Source of the DNA: Azolla caroliniana
Lineage: Eukaryota; Plantae; Polypodiophyta
DNA length: 49,724 nt
Assembly (NCBI GenBank): GCA_043228905.1
Contig: JBHGNT010000223.1
Location: forward strand, 1-49,724
Reading direction: 5' to 3'
Part shown: positions 1-10,490 of the stretch, one piece after another
Position numbering within the stretch: position 1 is the stretch's first letter
Layout: each line of letters begins with the position of its first letter
Notes under the pieces: model-generated
Database searches by the model: none
What the model was told of the DNA's origin: nothing
The model's input: only the letters and a program-made list of their open reading frames with translations
Translations under genes and position numbers: made by a program

Positions 1-828
1 AGGCCGAGAAGAAGGATCGTCGGAAACGGATGAAGAGACAGAAACAGGTGCAGAAGGAAACGGAGGAGGAGGGGACGGCCGAGGAATCGCCATTAAAGAT
101 GATGAACCAGACGACGTAGTATTCGCAGAAGCACGATGATGAGATTGAGAAGCAGAAGGAGGAGGAATCAGAGAACCAGATGATGCAGAAGCAGGATTTA
201 ACTTAAGAAGAGAAGAAGAAATCGACGACGATAGAGGAGCCTGTGCGTTTATAGTAAGAGAAGATGAAGCAGACGATACAGAAAAAGCTATGGCCGTCTG
301 TTGTTGTTTCTGCTGCTGCTGCTGCTGAGAATGCGAATTCGCTCCACTCATACCAGGTGTGAACGTCAAGGTATTATTAGCTCCTGGTCCGGAACAAAAT
401 TTCAGGTTCAGGTTATGATCGTGTTGAGCAGCAGCTGCAGCAGCATCGCCAGGAGATAGAGAATCAATCTGCGCAGCCCGAAGATATATAGGTTTTCCAG
501 GGCGGCCGAGATGGATATGGTTCTGATCTAGTGGTTGTATATTAGGGCTTTCAGAGCGCCTAAGGTGGCTCAGATCTCGCTCTGATCCTGAAGATGCAGG
601 TTTGAAGTTTCGATTCATCCGTGCCTGAGAAATGCTTGCAGGGTGGATCGCTACAGAAGAGGAGGTATTCTGGTGATTATTACCATTAGCAGGAGAAGAC
701 ATTAGGGTAGTGGATTTCGCTGAACAAGAAGAGGAAGAGGAAGAAACAGAAGAAGATGGAGGGAGAGGGGGAGGGGGAGGGGGAGGGAGGAGATGGAGAT
801 GGAGGAGCTGGTGAAGGTTTCGATCCAT
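1..828 (-). CDS. 5' part of an intact gene: 276+ aa low-complexity S/P/Q/A-rich N-terminus, probably the N-terminal extension of a MADS-box transcription factor (MADS domain expected beyond the left edge)
   Basis: Stop-free frame from ATG at 828 (context GCC ATG G, in-frame TAG just upstream at 849-847) to position 1: MDRNLHQLLHLHLLPPPPPPLPPSSS...SQQQQQQKQQQ...SDDPSSRP. It has no stop inside the window, so it is absent from the ORF track. MADS identity is inferred only from the shared start and promoter with the 39567 locus. Confidence 0.75.
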   Translation of the reverse strand, partial: MDRNLHQLLHLHLLPPPPPPPLPPSSSVSSSSSSCSAKSTTLMSSPANGNNHQNTSSSVAIHPASISQARMNRNFKPASSGSERDLSHLRRSESPNIQPLDQNHIHLGRPGKPIYLRAAQIDSLSPGDAAAAAAQHDHNLNLKFCSGPGANNTLTFTPGMSGANSHSQQQQQQKQQQTAIAFSVSSASSSLTINAQAPLSSSISSSLLKLNPASASSGSLIPPPSASQSHHRASANTTSSGSSSLMAIPRPSPPPPFPSAPVSVSSSVSDDPSSRP

Positions 829-1250
829 GGCGATACGGAGAAGCTTCTAGCTTCTGTTTCTTTGAACTGCGTTTCTATTTACCCGTTCTCTCTTCTTTTC
901 TTCCAAATCTAATCGTAATTCAGCTTCTTATCTGTATGGAAACTTGATGTTTCTTCTTAATTCGTCGTCTTTCTTCTTCTTCTTCTTCTTCTTCTTCTTA
1001 AGCAGTGGTATCAACGCAGAGTACTTCTGCTTCTTCTGCTTCTTCTTCTTCTTCTTCTGTTTTTGATTCTGCTTCTGCTTCTGCTTCTTCTTCTTCTTCT
1101 TCTTCTTCTTCTTCTTCTTCTGCTTCTTCTGCTTCAGCTTCTTCTGCTTCTTGGCGATGGATCTTGTGTGTGCAGCTGCTTATTTCTTTATATTTCCTGC
1201 TTCTTTCTTCGTCTCTCTGTCTGCGTGTGTGGAAACAGACAAAACAGTAA
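829..1250 (-). other. Putative purine-rich 5' leader with (GAA)n/(GAAGCA)n repeats
   Basis: (TTC)n/(TTCTGC)n on the + strand. I saw no upstream ATG on the minus strand in this interval. A similar leader lies at 39568-40140 and shares GCTGAATTAC. Confidence 0.5.
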
Positions 1251-1281
1251 AAGGAAGAGAGAAGAAACAAAGACGAATGGA

Positions 1282-1472
1282 CATACGCCCATTCGCATTC
1301 GAGAAGGTTTCAAGCCTTCGAGTATGGTAAATACCATACTTTTGTATTCGTTATTTATTCATTATAAGAAAAAAAAAAAGTTTTAGGTAATAAAAGTTAA
1401 TGTAAAAAGTGTGTAAAAAACATAAGAAGTTTTGATAACATACGCCATTCCGAGAATATATTACGTAGTATG
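1282..1472. mobile_element. Degenerate hAT-type MITE, related to 22329-22603
   Basis: Shares agtatggtaaataccatactttt and a 3' end attacgta(g/c)tatg with the TSD-flanked element at 22329-22603. The 5' TIR and TSD are not recognisable. Confidence 0.55.
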
Positions 1473-1941
1473 AATAATAATGACAATGATAATGATCATT
1501 GATAAGTGATAATGGGGATGGGAAGGAAGTAAAAAAAAGTATAAAATAAATAAATAAGAAGAATAAGAAATGGAGATAAATGGGGAAAATACGTATTAGT
1601 AATAGTCAACAATAATATAACAAACAAATTAATGGAAGAAAAATTATAGAAATTTAATATAAGATCGGAAATGGGAAACACTCAATAATATGTATATATA
1701 AGTAATAATAAAAACAAACAGTAATAAATAAATAATAAGGTGAAGTATTTGAAAAGTTAAAATAAGAAGAGGATGACGAATGGGAAATGCTGAATATATA
1801 AAGTAAATAATAATAAAGCGAAAACGAAAAAAGGAAAAAGGAAAAAGAGAGACAGAGAGAAAAAGAAGAAGAAGTAATAAGCAAATCAAAGAGAATCATA
1901 TGTTTTTATTTACTTTTCTCGGCCTTTCTCTCTCTTCATAT

Positions 1942-1970
1942 GTACGGAAGACGACACGTGGAATGTACGG
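1942..1970. promoter_or_regulatory. GTACGG / G-box / GTACGG module (SBP/SPL-type sites plus CACGTG)
   Basis: GTACGG 1942-1947, CACGTG 1955-1960, GTACGG 1965-1970. The same CACGTG-N4-GTACGG spacing recurs at 40175-40190. Confidence 0.55.
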
Positions 1971-2295
1971 TCGGACACCTGCCGCGACGCCCACGATGCG
2001 AGGGATATGGACCCAATTCACAGTCCCTCTCTGCCACTCTCATTACATCATAATAATAATAATAGTAATACCACCCATCATCATTATTACTATATGTCCG
2101 CACCCCCCCCCCCCCCCCCATTTTAGGCTTAGCCCACACCTTAAAAAAGGGTATATGCCCATATTCATACCATTATCCATTCACACACAAATTTGGACAA
2201 AAACTAATAACATAATTATATATGTCTTCCTTTACACTATCCACAGTGCACACTCTCCACTTATCCATGCAAAACAAACATAAAATGCACGCATA

Positions 2296-2326
<31 letters not shown>

Positions 2327-2517
2327 CACATACATACATACATACATACATACATACATACATCCATCCATACATGCATGCATGCATAAATACACACATA
2401 CATGCGCACACACACACACACACATACATACATACATACATACATACATACATACATACATACATACATCCATACATGCATGCATGCATAAATACACACA
2501 TACATGCGCACACACAC
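2296..2517. repeat. Compound (CA)n/(CATA)n microsatellite
   Basis: Directly visible. It is the source of the spurious MYVC/HTHT ORFs. Confidence 0.95.
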
Positions 2518-4172
2518 GCATGAATATAAAATCATCAATTCCTTGTTGTTCCACACCCATCACATTGACACGACATTGGCATACGCGACTCTAGACATGA
2601 AGCTCCTGGCACGTATGTCTCATACTACCAACTGCCATTGAGCCATGGACATTAATGGTCATTATGACGAGAAGAAGACATGACGACCGAAATAATTCAC
2701 CCCTCCTCAACAAAGAGCTCCCTCCCTTCTCTCAAGCACGCATCTTAGTGTTGTTCTTTGAGAGTCAATTGTCGTTGCTCTTCGATCGAATCTTCCACGA
2801 CAATGTCGAAAAAAATCTTTCGTGTCAACCTCGTTCGGTAGTTGATTGCCAACCACACATTCTCCGCTCCAATATATGTAAATTTAAAACAATGTTGATG
2901 AGATGTAATTGATAATAAATCGGTTGAAGTACATTATCATGAGTCATATGGATGAGATCTATATCAATGGAATTTTGAAAAAAAAACATCATTTGGACTT
3001 TAAAACTTGTCTCGACAATGTGTGAAGAATTGAAATCTATTTTGTCGAAAACGTAGAAATTTACTTCGTACCTACGTTTTGCAATAGTTCTTTATAGCTT
3101 TGTATAAAATTTACCTATCATTTTGACAATCTTACAAACAATTTGCCTCTCGAGATTGGTAGGTTGAGTCTTTTTGCTGGTAAATAGATGAGTAAAATGC
3201 ATAATTTTTGCATGATGACTATCGAAAAACAACAAATGCACATGCACACATGTGACATTCAATATGTTTGTGGTATAACAACACAAATTGGGTTATGGTA
3301 TCAGTCCCTTTAAAAATATTCATTTTCAAAGGGATGATGGTGTTGCAATTGAATCGTGTATGAGACGACAGTATTGGATGAGGTGTGGTGTGAAGTTGTA
3401 GCCATGCTAAAGAGACAATACGATGGCATCTCAAGTGGATCTTATGGAGCCGAAAGACAACAATTAGCCTTCATCCAATAATGGTCATGCTCACCCTTTC
3501 TTGAGTCAATGGGCTTCCACATAAGATGGAACTATTGAGTCCCTTTTGGGACTGGTATATAAAATTCTCAACTGTAAAAATTGGATACTAATGGAAGGAG
3601 TTTTGTTTTTGCAAAAAAAAACCTCACAGTAGGATATTATTTTACAATATCGCAAACATTTTCCACCACAAGCACTTCTATCTCTATTAATCTCTCATGT
3701 ATGTGTGTGTGCATGCGCGCATATGTGCCTTCACTTTTAGCCTAGTCCTAGTTTTGTTTGAATATATGTTTTCGAAATCCCACGAGGTCATGCTTTCCAA
3801 TCTTTCCGGAAGCAATACATTCCAAATTGCCACATTTGAATCATGACTCATACATTTATGTAAAATATAGGCTATTAAATATGAGGTAAAGTGGGTGTCA
3901 ATCCCTCTACATTGGCGATTTATGGTCCACAAGGAACTTTCACTACAGTGAAGTTTGTACTGGTATGTCAAGTACCAAGTTATTAACATTGCAATCCTTT
4001 CTCTCTTTTGGGTTGGCACACGGTTGTTAGGTATTGCACTTTCAATCACGTGATTTAGTATTTACAATAAGGCCAATATTGGAATTTACAAATAACCTTC
4101 ATTCACTCCCATATGATTTAGGGGATATGGTGTTCCATGCCTAGAAATATGTGTAGTGTACATATATTCACA

Positions 4173-4206
<34 letters not shown>

Positions 4207-5895
4207 GTATGTACTTGTGGGTATATACATACACACACAAACAAACAAACAGAATACAACCACCTAGAAATATATGTCCAATGCTTAGAAAAAAGAATAT
4301 TCACCATGTTGTTAGTTTCAGATGGTACACATCTTAGCCAACAAGTTTGGGATTCTTCCCTATGTTACCAATGCAATGGACCTCCTTTTTCTTTGATTCC
4401 CCTAGTTGTGATTTTGGGCACATTTTTCCATCACAATAATGTTTTATTGAGTATTATATGAAATAATTACAATCATTTACAAAAATATTGGCAAAACGAA
4501 CCGTACATTATTCAATTTTAATTCTTATTTTTAGTATAATGGAGTATTCACATGATATCATCAAGTAAATATCGCTTGGATGTGTAGCCATAATAGATCT
4601 CCTTATTTCCAATGAAAATAATCGAGAATTATGATAAATGGTAGTGGGGGTATATTTGTTCCATATGATAAAGATTGTGATTCGATTCTCAAAATAAAGT
4701 TGCTTCCAGCAAAGTTCCTTACAATATCAATAGTAATCTGCATAATTCTAATTAATGGAACTTTACAAGACGAAATAACAAGGACTAATGAACCTTGTTG
4801 GTTAATTTAGATAAAGGAATAATGCCAATTTGAGACCTTTCTAATTCAATAAGTTTTATTCAATTTCCAAACTCTATATTTGTTTATCTCATGCAACCTT
4901 GATGATTCACCTTAATGTTGGATATCAATATTGCACTTCTTTTGTGTAGAGCTTGTCAAAATTATAGTCGGAGGAAGAGATCAACATTGATTCGAGTTCA
5001 ACTCTTCTTGTTTTAAAAGAAATCACAACAATGTTTTCCTATGAACTTGAGATTGCGCATTATCACGCAAATGTAAATGGATGCCTTAATCTGGCGCATG
5101 AACCATCATATTATAAGGTTATGATTCGTACAAGGCACACATAATCCAAGAGCACACAAATTTTATGCATTTTCTTACATTATCCTTTTCAAGCCCAAGC
5201 ATATATTCGTTTCCGGGTTATGTTGTGGAATCTTGTAATAATCAAGGTTCACAAATGATTTTAATTTACGAGAGTACTCTTGCCCAAATGTGTATACATG
5301 AGGGTACTATCAGAAAAGGTAGCACAAATTTCCTACTTTTATATTTGCCTATTCGAAAATGTTAGTGATGTCAAGACTAGTTCCTTGATATATTTATAAA
5401 CCATGGTCAAACGTAAAAAGGTATACGAGGTGACATACAAAAGAATACAATCCAAAATTTGCCCATTAAAGCAACAACGTAGAGGCGGGCGGGCACATAG
5501 TAGCATGGTACAATAATTAAGGATATGCAAAATTTTAGATGCTTTCCTATACATGTCAAGGATAGGTTAGTTCGTTGATAAGAATAAAGCAAAGGATGAG
5601 GCTTGTTTCCTCTTAAACACCAAATATTGGTGAGAGGAGAGGAGATTTTTGTTCAAAAAGGAAAGGAAAGAAAGAAATGCTCTCAACACACGTGTCAGTG
5701 TAATGTGTCTATGTATATGTGGCTATACATATGTATTTGTTTGTGTATGTGGTTATGTATGTGGTATGTGGTATGTGGTATGTGGTATGTGTATGTGTGT
5801 GTATGTGGTATGTGTATGTGTGTATATGTGCATATAAAAGGAAGGATTTCGGAAGGTTTCTAATTTTGGGGAGGTAAAGGAGCATAAATGGGATG

Positions 5896-6054
5896 CCGTA
5901 CAAATGCTACGGCTCTTGGGACGTGTCACGTGCTTGTTCTCCCAAGTCACGTGACACAGAAGCAAAAAATAAAGTAAAATAGATGTCTCTTTTCTTTCTA
6001 CCTTCTCTCTCAATTATTATTAATAAAGACACATGTGATTGACAGCGACGTGGC
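5896..6054. promoter_or_regulatory. Cluster of ACGT-core G-box/ABRE-like motifs plus CCGTAC
   Basis: CCGTAC 5896, ACGTGTC 5921, CACGTG 5927 and 5948, ACGTGGC 6048. A similar cluster lies at 13424-13758. Confidence 0.35.
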
Positions 6055-7771
6055 CTCTACCTCTTTTTTCTTCTTCTTCTTCTTCTTCATTTTTCTTCAT
6101 CCTTTTTTGTTTTTTTGCTCTCATTTCTCTGGTTCTTTAGTTTTTTGAGGTTTTAGGAAAACGACCCAAACCTCGACGAAATTTAAGATTGTGGAAGGGC
6201 TTGAAAAGCCAAATGTCAGAGAAACCCATATACGAACAAGCCAAACTCAACTTGGTACTTTACCTTGTCTCCTCTTATAAGCTACTTAGATAAAAAATTC
6301 ATTACTAAATCTATCAATCCATTATGTATGTTTCATGGCCCATTATTATTGGCATGGGTTATACATACCACATTGAGAGCTAATGCATTTGTTGTGTGAC
6401 CAATTTATTAGATGTTCGAGACAAACCTGTCTGTCCTGCCTAAACAGAAACGTATCACCTTAAAATTTTCAACCCTTCAAATGTTAAACCATTTGCATAT
6501 ATAATGTGTATTAAATGAGGGGATTCAATTGGATTTTTTGACACTTGTGTATTTTGATGACATGTTTTTTAGTGCCATCCTTGAAATGGCTTACTCTCTA
6601 AAGTGAAAATAGATTTGCTATGTTCTTGTTTTTAAGTGGTATCCTCAAAGTAAATATGAAGGTGTTATCAAATTTTCTAATTAAGAGACAACATGGCGTT
6701 TAGATTACTGTAATTCCTAGATTATTGAATTACCAACAATTATTCTCCATATGTTTTCCAAACCATTGTTCAATGAAAGAGTTGTTGACAAGAGATTCTT
6801 GCAAATATGAATGGTAGGTTTTTGGAATCCATCCATCTCACCGATGCACAAATTAACAAGTCTTAGAATAATTTGCTTATGTACATTTTTGAAACGTGAC
6901 TATCTTGTACAACTAATTAAGTTGTTTACATGATTTCTGCTCAATGCCACTCAAAAAATATGTTTCTACATAATGAATGTTTAATTAGGATACGTGGATC
7001 AAAATGCCTAGAAAATTCCATTATTTTGTGAAATCACATTGGCCAATCCCATCTTCAAGCAACCATGCAAGCCATTCAACCCTTCTTTGTCAAATATATA
7101 TGCATGCCATGTGCCAATTGAGCAATTACATGAGCCCATGTCTACCTTTGGCTTTCGGGGGTTCACTAACAGGCATTTCTAGAATTGAATAACTCGAAAA
7201 CATAGGGGCAGGCAAGGAATTAATGGAAAACATAGCAAATCAAAGTGAACATATATAAACATAAAAAAATAATTTGAGGCAGGCAGGGAATTAATGGAAA
7301 ACGTAGCAAAATTTAAAAAGTGAATATAGTAAATAGATATAGATATATATTTATATGTTATATGTTATATGACCAAAACACATAGGGGCAGACTGGGAAT
7401 TTAATGGAAAATATTGCAAGTCTATGTGAATATGTATGTATGTATATGGGGAGATGGTGTGGACTCTGGAGTTCCTTTTACCTTTTTCTTTTTCTCTTTC
7501 TTAATAAGGGATACCAATATGTATATACATACAGTATGTATACGTATCACATGAATAGCATGTACGGAAGGCATACTTGGAGTGGAGTGTACGGTCCATA
7601 TATGCTCTCCCCCCTTTTTTAGGCTTGGTCCACAGCTTTAAAAAGCATATATGCCCCATATGTATCCACATTATCCACTCACCCACAAAGAAGATACTCA
7701 TATAATATCTCTCCTCTTTTACATTATCCACACACTCTCCCATCCATACATACATTGATACATACATGCAT

Positions 7772-7813
<42 letters not shown>

Positions 7814-10114
7814 GCAAACACGTACATAAAATCATTAATTTCTTGATGTTCCACACCCATCACATTGACATGACATTGGCATACGCGAGGCGGCATGACA
7901 CGCATATTTGTTGTAAGTTCACACTGGTACGACTCATAATCCTAACTTCCATAGAGCCATGGTCATTATGAAACGACGAAGAAAGAGGGCCAACAATTCC
8001 TTTCTCTCTCAAGCAAGCATCTTAGTGAGCATGGTCTTTGAGAGTCACCCATCCTTGGTTGTCGAGCGAAGCTTCCTAGACAATTTACGAAAAACCTTAC
8101 ATTTACCTCGCTTGATAGTCGACAACCACATTTATCTCTTAATTAATATGTGTTAGTTTTTTCAAATTCATATTGATGAGATCTATATGGTGATAATCAA
8201 AGTGTATTATCATGAGATATATAAATGGAATTCCAAAACAATATTATCGTTTTTGCTTGGACTTTGGCTAGCCAATGTGTGAAAAGGTTGAAATTGCTCT
8301 TATTCAAAATTTTGAAAATTTCTGGATATAGTTGGTATATATTTTCCCAAATGATCTTTTTGTAGGTTATTTGCATACACATTCAATACACATACATATA
8401 CATACAATGTTAAATGTATAATAGTTTTTTAGAGTTTCATATAAAATTTGCCTATGATATTAACAATCTTAGAAAATTTTTACATCTCAGCCCTCGAGTT
8501 TGGTAGTTTGAGTTTTTGTGCCAACAAAAAATGAGTAAAATGGGTAAAAACATGCATGATGGCTGCAAAGAAACAACAACTACACATACACATATGCCAC
8601 GTTTCTCTCAAAATGGGTTATGCTAAATGTGAGCCCTTTAAAAAGCCTCCTTTTTCCCATCATTTTAACATTATTGTGATGCATGTAATGGATTTGTTCC
8701 ACACCAGAATATTTTTGTACAAGATTGCAAATGTTTTCCACCACAACCACTTTTATCTCTATTAATTTGACATGTGTGTGTGTGTGCGTGCCCATGCGTG
8801 CACTTTCCCATTTTAGCCTAGCCCTAGTTTTGTTTGAATATAGGTTTTCAAAGTCTCACAAAGGTCACACATTCCAATATTTCTGGAAGCAATATTTTAC
8901 CACATTTTATTCATGACTCTAGTACATGTATGTAGTATACAAAATATAGGGTATGGGTTACAAGAACCTTAAATATTGGGTAAATTGGGCATCAATCCCT
9001 CTAAATCAGCGATTTACAGTTCACATGAACCTTTTACTTTAATGGTTTGTCAAGCATCAAGTATCGAGTTAGTGACATTGTAATCTTTTTCTCTCTTTTG
9101 GGTTGGCACAAGATGATTAGATATTGCACTTTCAATCATGTGACTTACTATTTACAATGAGGCCAATGTTGGAATCCACAATTAGGGGATATTGTGCTTC
9201 ATTCCTAGAAATATGATATGCTTGTATATTCACAATATGTGTGTGCTTGTGTGCATATATGTACACACACACACACACACACACAATACAACCCGGAAAT
9301 ATGTGCCAAATGCTTAGAATAGAGAATATCCATCCCCTTGTAGATTTCTTCGTGAACACATCTAGTGTCTTTAATTCCCCTAGTTGTGATTTTTGGCCAC
9401 ATGTTTCCATCACGATAATATTTCATAGAGTATTAAATAAAAAATTGCAAATTGTTCAAGTACACAATCGTTTATAGAAACATCACCAAAATGAACTATA
9501 TGTTATTCAATTTTAATCCGTCTCATTAGTATAATAGAGTATTCACATGATAATATCAAGTAAATATAAATTGGATGTATAGCGATTATAGATCTCAGTA
9601 TTCCAATGAAAATAATATTTTCTACGTCTTTCAATTCAATCAATGCGAATATTGGTGAGGGATTATGATAAATGATAATGGGGATATATTTGTTCCCTCT
9701 AATAAAGATTTTGATTCCATTCTCTAAATAAAGTTGCTTCCAACAAAGTTCCTTACAATATCAATAGTAGATTGCATAATTCTAATTAATGGAACTTTTC
9801 AAGGTGAAAAACAAAGTAATTGAGAATGCCTACTTTTGGAAACCCTAAACCAAGGACTAATTTCGGAATAATGATAATTTGAAAACTTTTTTATTTATGC
9901 AACCTTAATGACAAGTGTCAACATTCAATATTAATATTGCATTTCTTTTGTGTGTAATTTATTGTAATTATGGCTATTTTACGAATTCGAAAATAAGTGA
10001 TGCATTTGCCATATCAATTTATTATTTTCAAATGCTTTCTCTAGTATATTTATAGTATTTTGACTTTTAAAAGACAATATCAAATTCTCATTGCGTATAA
10101 AGTGAAACCTGCCC

Positions 10115-10490
10115 ATTGTCTCAACGTAACATTCGGCGAAGGACTTAGTTTATTAAGTAAATAATCAAGAATTGCTAGCATACATTGTTATGTCGCACCT
10201 TTAGACCATGCATCAATGTAATACAAAATATATTGTTATGTCTCAACTCAACATTCAGCAAAGGACTTAGTTTATCATTTGCTACAATTAAGGAAATAAT
10301 CAAGAATCACTACCATACATTGTTATGTCGCACCTTTAGACCATGCATCAATGTAATATAAAATATATTGTTATGTCGCGTTTATAGAACGTGCATTAGT
10401 GTAATGCAAAATTTATTGTTACGTCGCACTAATGTAGCATATATCAATGAAGCATAAACAGATTGTTATGTCGCATTTATAGAGCATCCC
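10115..10490. repeat. Degenerate tandem repeat, about 49-bp unit (attgttatgtcgca...) with a higher-order duplication of about 137 bp
   Basis: ttgttatgtc recurs about 6 times, and aaggacttagtttat occurs near 10139 and 10261. Confidence 0.8.

Larger units (their letters stand above)
1500..6560 (+). repeat. Segmental tandem duplication, copy A (upstream region of the locus-1 gene)
   Basis: Colinear similarity to about 7200-14720, e.g. ccacacccatcacattgaca at 2551 and 7851, ttctctcttttgggttggcaca near 4000 and 9090, ataaaaggaaggattt near 5835 and 13347, taccttgtctcctct at 6261 and 13994. Boundaries are approximate. Confidence 0.8.

Noticed and set aside
756-1386. ORF-track poly-E, poly-S, poly-L and GE-repeat ORFs
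   Set aside because: These are translations of (TTC)n/(GGA)n repeats in the leader or antisense to the real ORF.
2118-2127. Perfect CArG boxes (2118, 4073, 38273) as MADS autoregulatory sites
   Set aside because: A few CC(A/T)6GG matches are expected by chance in 50 kb of AT-rich DNA, and the first two are not preserved in duplicate copy B.
2173-2594. MYVC/HTHT-repeat ORFs (also near 4100, 5700, 7500, 9200 and 16100)
   Set aside because: They are microsatellite artefacts.
10115-10490. Repeat array as CRISPR-like
   Set aside because: The context is eukaryotic, the units are degenerate tandem copies without unique spacers, and there are no cas genes.
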